Below the pieces are notes generated by a model, which saw only the letters and a program-made list of their open reading frames with translations, did no database searches and was not told the DNA's origin. DNA of 64,000 nt from NCBI GenBank assembly GCA_965199495.1, contig CBDASK010000003.1, forward strand, positions 4,128,001 through 4,192,000, written 5' to 3'. This stretch comes from Abditibacterium sp. (GTDB lineage Bacteria > Armatimonadota > Abditibacteriia > Abditibacteriales > Abditibacteriaceae). Shown here in pieces: positions 30,251-40,061 of this stretch. Position 1 is the stretch's first letter. The number at the start of each line of letters is the position of its first letter. A program made the position numbers and the translations under genes.

Positions 30251-31369
30251 CTATTTCCCATCGCGTTTTCGCAATCGCTTGATTTCTTTCAAACGTTCCT
30301 CGCTCTCTTCGGCTTCTTCGATGAGCGTCATCTGCGCCGAAAACGCCGATGGCGGCGCGGGTTCGCCCAAATATTCGTAGGCGCGCCGCGTTATGCGACG
30401 GCCCGCCGGAGTGCGCGCTAAAAAACCAATTTTGAGCAGATACGGCTCGACGACATCAACGAGCGTATCGGATTCCTCGTTGAGCGTGGCGGCTAAGGCT
30501 TCGATGCCGACGGGGCCGCCGTCGTAAACGTCTTTGATGACGCTCAAAACCGCGTGATCTAATCTGTCTAAACCCAACTCGTCAATGCCTTCGAGCTTCA
30601 GGGCGTCGCGCGCGACTTCGAGCGTAATATCGCCGTTCGCGCGCACCAGAGCGTAATCGCGCACGCGGCGCAATAAGCGGTTAGCCACGCGCGGTGTGCC
30701 CCGGCTGCGGCGCGCGATTTCAAAGGCGGCTTGCGCGTCAATTTCGGTTTGCAAAATGTAGGCGCTGCGCCGCACAATCGAAACCAAATCTTCCTCGGTA
30801 TAGAAATCGAAGTGCTGCTGCAAACCGAAACGGTCGCGCAGTGGCCGCGTCAACATCGCCGGTCGCGTCGTGGCGCCGATAATGGTGAACTTTTCCAACC
30901 GAATCGGCAAAGGTTTGGAATACATGCCTTTATCGAGCGTGAAGTTGACGATGTAATCTTCCATCGCCGAATACAAAAACTCTTCGACGATACGCGGCAA
31001 ACGATGAATTTCGTCAATAAAGATAATGTCGCCCTCTTTGGCGTTGACCAAAAAGCCCATCACGTCGCCGGGCCGCTCCAACGACGGGCCACTCGTCAAA
31101 GCGATGTCGCGGCCCAATTCTTCGGCCATAATGTATGCGAGGCTCGTTTTCCCAAGGCCGGGCGGCCCAGATAACAACAAGTGATCCAGACTTTCGTGGC
31201 GCACTTTGCTGGCATCAATCGCGATTTTTAGGCGCTCGACGGCTTCACGCTGGCCAATATACTCGGCCAGACTTTTGGGGCGAAGTCCCCAGTTCCATTC
31301 CTTTTCGCCGCTGGATTTGCCGCCCTCTTCGGGCAGGTCGTCGGGCGAGACAATGCGTTCTCGTGACAT
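30251..31369 (-). CDS. ruvB: Holliday junction branch migration helicase RuvB
   Basis: LRPKSLAEYIGQ, GPPGLGKT, FIDEIHRL, GATTR, LRDRFG, RGTPRVANRLL, GGPVG, EPYL. Confidence 0.96.
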   Translation of the reverse strand: MSRERIVSPDDLPEEGGKSSGEKEWNWGLRPKSLAEYIGQREAVERLKIAIDASKVRHESLDHLLLSGPPGLGKTSLAYIMAEELGRDIALTSGPSLERPGDVMGFLVNAKEGDIIFIDEIHRLPRIVEEFLYSAMEDYIVNFTLDKGMYSKPLPIRLEKFTIIGATTRPAMLTRPLRDRFGLQQHFDFYTEEDLVSIVRRSAYILQTEIDAQAAFEIARRSRGTPRVANRLLRRVRDYALVRANGDITLEVARDALKLEGIDELGLDRLDHAVLSVIKDVYDGGPVGIEALAATLNEESDTLVDVVEPYLLKIGFLARTPAGRRITRRAYEYLGEPAPPSAFSAQMTLIEEAEESEERLKEIKRLRKRDGK

Positions 31370-31413
31370 CTCAAGCAGTTTAACTAAAACCAGTGAAACC
31401 GTGCGCTGGTTTT

Positions 31414-32157
31414 TTATTTCACGCTTTCGCGCCGACCCGCTTCCCAGCGATAGGGCACATCCGATAGATAAAACGCGTTGGCCAGAATCGGTTGGGCGCC
31501 CGCGAATCGCGGGTCGTCGAAGAAAGTATTAGCGCGCACTTCGACATGAACCGGTATGGGATTCCACTTCTTGCGGATGCCTTTGACCAAAATCATCGAA
31601 TGCGTCTGGCGTTCATAATCGAAGGTGTAGGGCAGTGGCCCAGCGTAGCGGCGCGCGGTTTCGATGTCGGGAAACGGCGAATTCGCGGGCAAGGGCGACG
31701 GCGTGGCTATATCAGCAGCCACGGCGAGATGAACATCGGGCGCGCGCGTTTCGATATTTAGGGTTTGGCCCGCCAATTCAAAGCGCGTGCGGGCGAACTG
31801 ATAGTTGTAATGCGTGAAAAGATTGCCCACATATTTCATCAGAAGTTTGTCGGTATCGGAGCGCAGAATTTGCAAACCGTGCAGGTTGCGGCCCGCGCGA
31901 TTGCGGTAGCGCGCGAAGATGCGATAGCCCGCTAAAAAGAAATTTTGGCCCAAAGGCGCGGGCAAGAAAGACGGGCGCAAAGCGCGCGTCCCCACCAGAG
32001 CCACGGCGACGAAGCCGAAGTTTTCGTAAACGTCGAGTTCTAAGCCGGGCGCCAAAAGCGGTTGCAGCGTTTCGCGCGGCAGGGCGTAGGCCAAAACCAG
32101 ACAATGCTCGAAGTGCGCGCTGACGGGAAACGGGTGGCGTTTGAGACGGTGAAACAC
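31414..32157 (-). CDS. DUF2071-like conserved protein
   Basis: LAYALP...LQPLLAPGLELD, GYRIFARY, GLQILRSDTD, GNLFTHYNY. Confidence 0.7.
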   Translation of the reverse strand: MFHRLKRHPFPVSAHFEHCLVLAYALPRETLQPLLAPGLELDVYENFGFVAVALVGTRALRPSFLPAPLGQNFFLAGYRIFARYRNRAGRNLHGLQILRSDTDKLLMKYVGNLFTHYNYQFARTRFELAGQTLNIETRAPDVHLAVAADIATPSPLPANSPFPDIETARRYAGPLPYTFDYERQTHSMILVKGIRKKWNPIPVHVEVRANTFFDDPRFAGAQPILANAFYLSDVPYRWEAGRRESVK

Positions 32158-32216
32158 GGATGATATTTTAACGCGATGAAGCAGGATTGCTGAGTTTCGA
32201 TTTAACTATGGGGCAC

Positions 32217-32858
32217 ATGAAATCCCCCTCGATTTTTCGCGCCGCCCTCATCGCTGGTTTTGCCGCCGCCATTTTGCCCTCGATTGCTCACGCGCAAAGC
32301 CGTTCGCCGCGCATTGGCGCCGATGTCGGTTATTCTTATTTGCTCGATTCCAAAGCGCGGAGTGTTTTTGGTTCGGGCGTCACCGATATTGGGTTGGGCT
32401 TTGGCAACATTTCGCCTTCCGTGGATGGGAAAACGGGGTTGGACGTTTCGATTTTGCGGCCCAGACAGACCGAGAACGGCATCAAATCCGACGCCTTAGT
32501 AATTTCGGCTGGCCCCGAAATTCGCAAGTTGTATCTGCCCGGCTTTAACCGCGCGATGGGGCAACCGCAGCAGCAATTGCCGCCGAGCGTGTTTCCGCCC
32601 GGCACGAAAATGCCGAAACAAATCGGCGGCTTACCCTCGACTTTGCCTTATTATGGCGCCAGCCTCAACCTGGTTTACGCGCAAGTGGATGCGCCCTCGG
32701 AGGGCGTGGACGGCAACGGATTTGGCGTCGGCGGTAGCGTGTTCGCGGGCATTTCGTTCAATGATCGCTTCTATTTGGAAGGCCGCGTGCGCGCCAACTC
32801 GGCGGTTAAAGGTTTCAACTTCTCGCGCGCCGGAATCACGGCGGGCATTCGTTTTTAA
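32217..32858 (+). CDS. Small outer-membrane beta-barrel-like protein
   Basis: Signal peptide (IAHA), alternating beta strands, PYYGAS, C-terminal AGIRF. Confidence 0.7.
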   Translation: MKSPSIFRAALIAGFAAAILPSIAHAQSRSPRIGADVGYSYLLDSKARSVFGSGVTDIGLGFGNISPSVDGKTGLDVSILRPRQTENGIKSDALVISAGPEIRKLYLPGFNRAMGQPQQQLPPSVFPPGTKMPKQIGGLPSTLPYYGASLNLVYAQVDAPSEGVDGNGFGVGGSVFAGISFNDRFYLEGRVRANSAVKGFNFSRAGITAGIRF

Positions 32859-32869
32859 GGGTTTCAAAT

Positions 32870-33574
32870 ATGGCCACTCAAACCCTCAATACCGGCGCCC
32901 GTTTGACGCCGTTTTTGCTGCCGCAACCCGCGCGCATCGGAATGTTAGTTTTGCCGGGCGGCGGCTACCAAAATCTGGCGACCGACCACGAAGGCCAGCA
33001 GATTTGCCAATGGCTCAATGCGCGCGGCACCGATGCGTGGATGCTCGAATATCACGTCGCTTTCACAACTCCTGCGCCGTTATTGAACAAACCGCTTGAC
33101 GATGTCGGCGCGGCGGTCAAGGCGGTGCGCGCCGACAAGCGCAACCAAAAGTTAGGCATCTGGGGATTTTCGGCGGGTGGTCATCTGGCGGCGATGGCAG
33201 CCACGGCGCCCGCATTGAAATTCGATTTAGCGATTTTGGCTTATCCGGTCATCGAAGTGAGCGGCTCGCTGGCTCATAAGGGTTCGGCGGATAATCTCAT
33301 TGGCCAAAATCCAACGCCGCTGCAAATCGAAGCGTATTCGCCGCTACGCCGCGTGTCGCTCGATACGCCGCCGACGTTTCTGTTTTCGACCTCGGAAGAT
33401 ACGACGGTGCCGCCGCAAAACTCGCTGTTGATGGCGCAGGCGTTGGCCGATCATCGCGTGCCGTTCGAGATTCACGTCTATGAAAAGGGCGGGCACGGCG
33501 TGGGATTGGCTTTGAATAATCCTTATTTGAAAAGTTGGAGCGAGCGTTTGGAAGCGTGGCTTTCGCTGCGTTAA
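32870..33574 (+). CDS. Alpha/beta hydrolase (acetyl esterase-like)
   Basis: PGGGY, GFSAGG nucleophile, D.TV, GGHG. Confidence 0.9.
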   Translation: MATQTLNTGARLTPFLLPQPARIGMLVLPGGGYQNLATDHEGQQICQWLNARGTDAWMLEYHVAFTTPAPLLNKPLDDVGAAVKAVRADKRNQKLGIWGFSAGGHLAAMAATAPALKFDLAILAYPVIEVSGSLAHKGSADNLIGQNPTPLQIEAYSPLRRVSLDTPPTFLFSTSEDTTVPPQNSLLMAQALADHRVPFEIHVYEKGGHGVGLALNNPYLKSWSERLEAWLSLR

Positions 33575-33650
33575 GTCAATCGCGCGAAATCCGCCGAATT
33601 TGGCTGTTATACTGCCCGGTTGTTTCCCCGCAAACAACTAAGGTAATATC

Positions 33651-35018
33651 GTGTCCCATCTTCAAAATGGCAACGGCCATCATCCCGAACACACTTCGGA
33701 GTTCGACATCAAGTCGATTCCCGAAATCAAAATTCCGCCCCGCGTTTTGATGGGCGCCGGGCCTTCGGCCTCGTATCCCGAAGCCCTGCGCGCGATGGGC
33801 GCCAACACTCTGGGCCATCTCGACCCCGAATTTTTGGGCATCATGAACAACGTCGGCGCCATGCTGCGTCGCGTTTTCAAAACGAACAATCCCATCACCG
33901 GCGCCGTGCCCGCGACTGGAACTGGCGGCATGGAAGCGGCTTTGTGTAACCTCATCGAGCCGGGCGACGAAGTTTTGTGTTTGGTTTTTGGCTATTTTTC
34001 CAACCGCATGAAGCAGATGTCGGAGCGCATGGGCGCCGTCGTCACCGTTATCGAGCGTCCGTGGGGCACCGTTTTCACGCCCGAAGAAGTCGAAACCGCG
34101 CTCAAAGGCATGAAAAAGCCGAAATTGGTTTCGGTCGTTCACGCCGAAACTTCGACCGGCATTTTGCAGCCGATTGACGAAATCACCAAACTCGCGCATA
34201 AATACGGCGCTTTGGTTGTCGTTGACGCCGTGACGAGTTTGGCCGGTTGTCCTTTGCTCGTTGACGAATGGGATTTGGACGCCGTCTTTTCAGGCACGCA
34301 AAAATGTATCGGTGCGCCTCCCGGTCTGTCGCCGATCACGTTCAGCCCGCGCGCGATGGACGCGATTCGCGAGCGCAAAGTGCCCGTGCAAAGTTGGTAT
34401 TTCGATATGTCGCTGGTCGAAACGTATTGGGGCGATACCGGCGGCGGGCGCGCTTATCATTACACCGCGCCCTCCAATGCGCTGTTCGGTTTGCACGAAG
34501 CGTTGCGTCTGACGCTTTTGGAAGGTTTGGAGAATCGCTGGGCGCGCCACGAACTGCACTCCAAAGCGATTATGGCCGGTTTGCTTGAACTCGGTTTGGA
34601 ACCGTTCGCGCAGGAAGGCCATCGTCTGTGGCAAATCAACGCCGTCAAAGTGCCCGACGGTTTGGACGACCAATTGATGCGCACTCGGTTGTTGCGCGAA
34701 TACAACATCGAAATCGGCGCCGGTCTTGGCCCGGTCAAAGGCCAGATTTGGCGTATCGGCGTAATGGGTTATTCGGCCAATCGCTCCAACATTTTGTTGG
34801 TGCTTCAAGCGATGGAAGACATTCTGCGCGACATGAATTATCCGGTGAAATCGGGCGCCGCCAACGACGCCGCGCAAAACGTTTATCACGAACACGACCG
34901 CCAGAACAAAATGAAACCGCGCCCAAAAATCGAATTGCAAACCGCGCCGGACGACGAAAACGTCGGCGAATCTATTCCGTCGGAAAGCGTCGCGCGCGGC
35001 GTGGCTCATCGTGGGTAG
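33651..35018 (+). CDS. Alanine-glyoxylate/serine-pyruvate aminotransferase (class V PLP)
   Basis: LMGAGPS, GTGGMEAA, VHAETSTG, VDAVTS, SGTQKC..APPG, WRIGVMG. Confidence 0.92.
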   Translation: MSHLQNGNGHHPEHTSEFDIKSIPEIKIPPRVLMGAGPSASYPEALRAMGANTLGHLDPEFLGIMNNVGAMLRRVFKTNNPITGAVPATGTGGMEAALCNLIEPGDEVLCLVFGYFSNRMKQMSERMGAVVTVIERPWGTVFTPEEVETALKGMKKPKLVSVVHAETSTGILQPIDEITKLAHKYGALVVVDAVTSLAGCPLLVDEWDLDAVFSGTQKCIGAPPGLSPITFSPRAMDAIRERKVPVQSWYFDMSLVETYWGDTGGGRAYHYTAPSNALFGLHEALRLTLLEGLENRWARHELHSKAIMAGLLELGLEPFAQEGHRLWQINAVKVPDGLDDQLMRTRLLREYNIEIGAGLGPVKGQIWRIGVMGYSANRSNILLVLQAMEDILRDMNYPVKSGAANDAAQNVYHEHDRQNKMKPRPKIELQTAPDDENVGESIPSESVARGVAHRG

Positions 35019-35034
35019 GGCAGGTTCAATTGGT

Positions 35035-35070
35035 AAAACGCGGGAGAATTTCGCTTCTCCCGCGTTTTTT
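35035..35070 (+). terminator. Intrinsic terminator
   Basis: AAAACGCGGGAGAA-tttcgc-TTCTCCCGCGTTTTTT. Confidence 0.85.
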
Positions 35071-35076
35071 GGTTTG

Positions 35077-35284
35077 TTTGGTAATTTCTTTCTGCGCGAG
35101 CGACTGTTGCATCTTGATTGTCTAATGCGGAAATGTAGGGGCGGGGTTCTCCCGCCCAAAATGTCAATGCGACATCGAACTTAATCTGGGGGCAATACGT
35201 TCCGGGCGGGAGAACCCCGCCCCTACATTTCCGCATTAGACAATCAAGATGCAACAGTCGCTCGCGCAGAAAGAAATTACCAAA
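35077..35284. repeat. Perfect 81-bp inverted repeat containing a GTAGGGGCG-type REP doublet
   Basis: Arms 35077-35157 and 35204-35284 are exact reverse complements; REP core GTAGGGGCGGGGTTCTCCCGCCC at 35135-35157. Confidence 0.93.
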
Positions 35285-35327
35285 ACCCCGCCACGGAAAA
35301 CGGCCCTATACTCCTTCTCCCAATTTT

Positions 35328-36602
35328 ATGACCCAAGAACGCAACTGGCGCGATGAAGCCATTGATGAATCGCTTGGCGGTTTCAATTACGAGAATCATA
35401 TCGAGGCGATGATGGCGGCGATTCGCCGCTCGCAGCCATCTTGGCCGACCAACATCGTGCAGGCCAATCGTCCGCGTTCGCTCGATTTCTTGCGCGAAAA
35501 CTGCGCCGATGTGCGCTCACTTTTGAGCGCACCGCACGCTTTTACCGGCGACGACGATGACGAGGGCGACGAAGTCTGGGCCGATTGGGTTGAGGTCGAG
35601 TGGCAAGGCAGCCACGTCGAGTTGGTCTATTTGGGCGGCGAGTATAATTCGCGCATTATTTGTTTGTCGCCCGATGGAGATGTCGAAAAATTGGCGCAGT
35701 TCGCGCGCGCGATGCAAGATTTCGCGGCGCGTCCGGCCAATCGCAGCCTAATTTTTAACGCCGGTTGGGAAGACGCGCCGCACTTGGACTCCGAGTTGGG
35801 TCGCGTGACGTGGGACGATATTACTTTGCCCGACAACATTTTGCGCGATTTGCGCGAAGCCGTCGAAGGCTTTTTCGCGCAACGCGAAATTATCGAATCG
35901 TTTGGTTTTACGTGGAAACGAGGCGTTTTGTTGGTCGGCCCGCCGGGAACTGGCAAAACGATGGTTTGTAAAGCCGCCGCCGCGTCGTTGCCCGATTTGC
36001 CGTTTTTGTATGTGCGCAGCTTGGACGGCTACAATCCCATCGGCCAAGTTTTCGCGCGCGCGCGCAAGTTGGCGCCGTGCATCGTGGCGTTCGAGGATAT
36101 TGACGGTTTAATTTCTGCCGAAAATCGCACGGTTTTCCTCAACGAAATGGACGGTTTCGCTTCCAACGAAGGTTTGCTAATTATCGCCAGTTCCAATCAT
36201 CCCGGCAAAATTGACGAGGCGCTTCTCAAGCGTCCGTCGCGTTTTGATCGCGTGTTTCATCTGGGCTTGCCCGAAAAAGAGGAGCGCCGCGCGTTTTGTG
36301 AGCATCTGCTGCACCGTTCGAGTTTGACCGAGCGCCTGACGCCCGATTTCGATAGCGAATCATTGGCGCAGCAAGTCGCCGATAAAACCGATGGTTTTAC
36401 TCCGGCTTATCTCAAAGAAGCATTTCTGGCGGCAGCGCTAAGCCGCGCGCACGCGGGCGAAACGCAGTTGGATCAGGGTTATTTCGACGCGGTGTTGGAG
36501 CAGGTCGAAGAATTGAAATCGCATCTGAAACGCTTGAAAGACCCCGATGCGCTCGCCGAAATGCGTTCGGGCAACGAGTCAATTGGGTTTCGCGGACGCT
36601 AA
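35328..36602 (+). CDS. AAA+ ATPase
   Basis: RGVLLVGPPGTGKT, VAFEDID, FLNEMDG, SSNHP..IDEAL..RPSRFD. Confidence 0.92.
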   Translation: MTQERNWRDEAIDESLGGFNYENHIEAMMAAIRRSQPSWPTNIVQANRPRSLDFLRENCADVRSLLSAPHAFTGDDDDEGDEVWADWVEVEWQGSHVELVYLGGEYNSRIICLSPDGDVEKLAQFARAMQDFAARPANRSLIFNAGWEDAPHLDSELGRVTWDDITLPDNILRDLREAVEGFFAQREIIESFGFTWKRGVLLVGPPGTGKTMVCKAAAASLPDLPFLYVRSLDGYNPIGQVFARARKLAPCIVAFEDIDGLISAENRTVFLNEMDGFASNEGLLIIASSNHPGKIDEALLKRPSRFDRVFHLGLPEKEERRAFCEHLLHRSSLTERLTPDFDSESLAQQVADKTDGFTPAYLKEAFLAAALSRAHAGETQLDQGYFDAVLEQVEELKSHLKRLKDPDALAEMRSGNESIGFRGR

Positions 36603-37040
36603 ATTATTCGCTGTGTTCTGACCGGGCAACAGGTCGAGGCAAGACCAACCGGCGCTTAATAGCAGGATTAATTTGACGAGTTCCAAACCGATATAAATCC
36701 AGTGAAATGGAGCGGGCGGTGGCTGCTGCCCGGCCAGAATTTGCGTGACGCGCGCATCCAAAGTTGGAAGCAGCCACGCGCTCTGTAGAGCGACGATAGC
36801 GGCGACTGCCAACAACTTGAACATCAGGGCGCGCGATGGGCGCAGACGAAGTAAAATCGTGACAGCAAGGATGGCCGCCGCGATTTCGACTTTGTTGAGG
36901 GCGCCAAAAACGTGGCGACCCACATCCAGCCCGATGGCCAGGATGACGCTGGGCGCGGTGAACTTGACGGGCGTTTCTAAAAACGAAATGCCCGCCACCA
37001 AACCCGCCCAGATCAAACACAAAGCTGCCAGCGCTTTCAT
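36579..37040 (-). CDS. Four-helix membrane protein (DUF4149-like)
   Basis: GISFLETPVKF.AP, GLDVGRHVF..LNKVE, H..YI.LELVK. Confidence 0.72.
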   Translation of the reverse strand: MKALAALCLIWAGLVAGISFLETPVKFTAPSVILAIGLDVGRHVFGALNKVEIAAAILAVTILLRLRPSRALMFKLLAVAAIVALQSAWLLPTLDARVTQILAGQQPPPAPFHWIYIGLELVKLILLLSAGWSCLDLLPGQNTANNLASAKPN

Positions 37041-37435
37041 CACGCGGTTTTCTCCAAGGTCACCGTTAGCAGCATAGTGCCCGCCGTGCGCGCGGTCACG
37101 TTATGGCGCACGCCCGGCCACAAAACTAACATCGCATCGGTCGTCAACTGATGCGTTTCGTCGGGCGTCGCGATCTCGAAATCGCCTTCGATAATTTGAA
37201 TCGTCACCAAACCCCGCGCCGAATGTTCGGGCATCGATCCGCCAGATTCAAAGGCAAAAGCGACCATCGTCACGGCGCCGTGTTGCAGCAGCGTGATCTG
37301 GCGATGCCCACTTTGTCCGTCGTGAACTTCGGCGCGCAAATCTTGCGCGATTCGCTTCAAATCAAAGGCATGCTGCGGCCCGGCGAAACGCTGAACTGGT
37401 GGCACGCGCAGACGGGATTCATCGGAATTATTCAT
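37040..37435 (-). CDS. Cupin domain protein
   Basis: FESGGSMPEHSA.G.VTIQIIEG...PGVRHNV. Confidence 0.85.
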   Translation of the reverse strand: MNNSDESRLRVPPVQRFAGPQHAFDLKRIAQDLRAEVHDGQSGHRQITLLQHGAVTMVAFAFESGGSMPEHSARGLVTIQIIEGDFEIATPDETHQLTTDAMLVLWPGVRHNVTARTAGTMLLTVTLEKTA

Positions 37436-37498
37436 GAGAGTTTTTATTTCCTTGGCGCTACGGAGTTTACGCGCAAACCATAAACCCCGCCGCGTCCG

Positions 37499-39292
37499 TT
37501 AAGAAACCAAATCGCTTTTTCGCTCGGTCTCGCTGACTGCTTCGCCATTGGGTTCGCTGACATCGCGCCCGCTTTCCGCCGCGTAAATGCGCTCGCGCAC
37601 TTCCTCGACAATCGCCTGCTCGCGCTCGTAACGGCGCTCCGATTCGACGGCGTCATAGGCATACGGGCCGCAGGTGACAATCGGAATTTTCTCGAAATTA
37701 AGTGTCGGCGGCGGCGACTGCATCTGCCATTCCAAACCGGTTGCGCCCCACGGATTGGCGGGCGCGCGTGGCCCATATTTTAGCGACCACAACAAATAGA
37801 AAAACGGCAGGGCAAAACCGACCGCCAAAATTGTCGCGCCCGCGCTCGACATGACGTTAAGGAACTGCATTTCGGGCGGATAAGCGTGATAGCGGCGGTG
37901 CATGCCCCACATGCCCAGCAGAAACTGCGGGAAAAACGTCAGGTTGAAGCCGATAAACAAGATCATCGCCGCGACTTTGCCCCACGTTTCGCTATACATA
38001 CGGCCCGTCATTTTGGGCCACCAGAAGTGCAAACCCGCCAAATAAGCCGACAATGTGCCGCCAACCATTACATAATGAAAATGCGCGATAATGAAATAGG
38101 TGTCGTGCAGATAAATGTCGGTCGCGAGCGCCGCGCAGTGAAGTCCCGTCAGGCCGCCAATGGCGAACAGGCCCATGAAGGCAATCGTATACCACATCGG
38201 GACGGTGAGTTGAATCGAGCCTTTATACATCGTCGCCGTCCAGTTGAAGGTTTTGACCGCCGAGGGAATGGAAACCATAAACGAAAGCAGCGAAAAAACC
38301 ATGCTGGCATAAGGCGATTGGCCCGCCACAAACATATGGTGCGCCCACACCAAAAAGCTGAGGATTGCGATGGCCAACGACGAGAACGCCACGAATTTGT
38401 AACCGTAAATTGGCTTGCGCGAGAAACAGGAGAGAACTTCCGAGATGCACGCGAACGCTGGCAAAACCATGATGTAAACGGCGGGGTGCGAGTAGAACCA
38501 GAACATGTGCTGGAACAATACCGGGTCGCCGCCCAGTTTCGGATCGAAAATCCCCACGCCCAATAATTTCTCGATGATGACACAAATCAGCGTGATCGCC
38601 ACGACCGGCGTGCCCAAAACCTGAATCAAACTCGCCGCGTAAATTGACCACACGAACAACGGCAGCCGAAACCATGTCAGGCCGGGCGCGCGCATTTTGT
38701 GGATGGTGACGATGAAGTTGAGGCCCGTTAGAATCGAAGAGACGCCCGCCAGAAAGGCGCCGATGATGACCCACACCACCATGTTGTTGGAATAGGTCGA
38801 GGAAAGTGGCGCATAAAATGTCCAGCCGGTATCCACGCCGCCCGATAGCATCGCGACAACAGCCACCGATGCGCCCGCAATATAAAAATAAAACGAGAGC
38901 ATATTGAGCTTGGGAAATGCGACATCGCGCGCGCCCAGCATCAGGGGAATCAGGAAGTTACCCAACACCGCAGGAATGGCCGGAATCAAAAAGAAAAAGA
39001 CCATGATGATTCCGTGCGCGGTGAAGGCGCGGTTATAGGTATCGGCGCCCAACAGACCCTGCGGCTCGATGAGGTTGTAGCGCACCATGCCCGCCGCCAA
39101 ACTGCCGACGATGAAGAAAATGGAAACCATCACCAGATACATCATGGCGATGCGCTTGTGATCGAGAGTGTAAATCCACGATTTCCACGAGAAATCGTTG
39201 TTGAGATAGGTCTCCTGCGGCGCCTCCTCGTTCAGCGTGAGCGGCGTTTCGGCGGGCGCGAGCGGAGTGGGATTTTTGAAGGCTTCGGTCAT
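37499..39292 (-). CDS. ctaD: Heme-copper oxidase subunit I, A2-type
   Basis: [31 protein letters not shown] (YS motif of A2 type), WAHHMF, AHFHYV, GMHRRY. Confidence 0.95.
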   Translation of the reverse strand: MTEAFKNPTPLAPAETPLTLNEEAPQETYLNNDFSWKSWIYTLDHKRIAMMYLVMVSIFFIVGSLAAGMVRYNLIEPQGLLGADTYNRAFTAHGIIMVFFFLIPAIPAVLGNFLIPLMLGARDVAFPKLNMLSFYFYIAGASVAVVAMLSGGVDTGWTFYAPLSSTYSNNMVVWVIIGAFLAGVSSILTGLNFIVTIHKMRAPGLTWFRLPLFVWSIYAASLIQVLGTPVVAITLICVIIEKLLGVGIFDPKLGGDPVLFQHMFWFYSHPAVYIMVLPAFACISEVLSCFSRKPIYGYKFVAFSSLAIAILSFLVWAHHMFVAGQSPYASMVFSLLSFMVSIPSAVKTFNWTATMYKGSIQLTVPMWYTIAFMGLFAIGGLTGLHCAALATDIYLHDTYFIIAHFHYVMVGGTLSAYLAGLHFWWPKMTGRMYSETWGKVAAMILFIGFNLTFFPQFLLGMWGMHRRYHAYPPEMQFLNVMSSAGATILAVGFALPFFYLLWSLKYGPRAPANPWGATGLEWQMQSPPPTLNFEKIPIVTCGPYAYDAVESERRYEREQAIVEEVRERIYAAESGRDVSEPNGEAVSETERKSDLVS

Positions 39293-39356
39293 AAAAGCGA
39301 GTCCTCTGTCGGAATCGCTTTGAAGTGTGGGCGCGCCGTGGCTGCTAATTCATCCG

Positions 39357-40061
39357 CTAAACGGCGGATTGAGAACGTTCGTTGTTGACTTCGATTAAAC
39401 CCTGGCGCGCCGCCCACACTGCGGCCTGTACGCGATCCGACACGCCCAATTTGCCGATGATGTGTTCGACATGTGTTTTGATGGTGGATTCGGCGACGAA
39501 TAGAATCGCGGCGATTTCGCGGTTGGATAGGCCGGTGGCTAAGAGTTGCAAAACCTGCGTTTCGCGTTGCGAGAGCGGCGAAATCAGTTGCGATGAATCA
39601 ATCGTGCGCGCGTCGAGGCTGTGGAGCGAGCGGCCCAGTTCCTCGCGCGAGAGCAGCATCTCGCCGCCAGCCACGGCGCGCAGGGCGCATAAAAATTCGT
39701 CGAGTTGAACGCCCTTGAGCAGGTAACCCGCCGCGCCACCCGCGACCGCGCGCGCCAGATAAGTCGGATTGTCGTAAGTCGTCAGCATCACGACGGCGGT
39801 GCGCGGCAATTCGCTTTTAATTTTCGCCAGCGCTTCCAAGCCATCGCCGCCCGCCATGCGAATATCGAGCAAAACGATGTCGGGCCGTTTGGCGCGCGCC
39901 AATTCGATGGCTTCGCGGCCCGACGCGGCTTCGCCCACGATTTGGAATTCGGTGTCTTCGAGTAACGAACGCACGCCGCCGCGCCAAATCGCGTGATCGT
40001 CGGCCAAAACGACGGTGACTGTTGGACTTTGGGACATAGATTGGCGCGGCAGAATTCTCAT
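39357..40061 (-). CDS. NarL/DosR-family response regulator
   Basis: LADDH, LLDIRM, GYLLK, LSQRETQVL...GLSNREIA..LFVAESTIKTHV. Confidence 0.93.
   Translation of the reverse strand: MRILPRQSMSQSPTVTVVLADDHAIWRGGVRSLLEDTEFQIVGEAASGREAIELARAKRPDIVLLDIRMAGGDGLEALAKIKSELPRTAVVMLTTYDNPTYLARAVAGGAAGYLLKGVQLDEFLCALRAVAGGEMLLSREELGRSLHSLDARTIDSSQLISPLSQRETQVLQLLATGLSNREIAAILFVAESTIKTHVEHIIGKLGVSDRVQAAVWAARQGLIEVNNERSQSAV

Noticed and set aside
30251..31369. ruvB without adjacent ruvA/ruvC
   Set aside because: Unlinked ruv genes are common and the protein looks canonical
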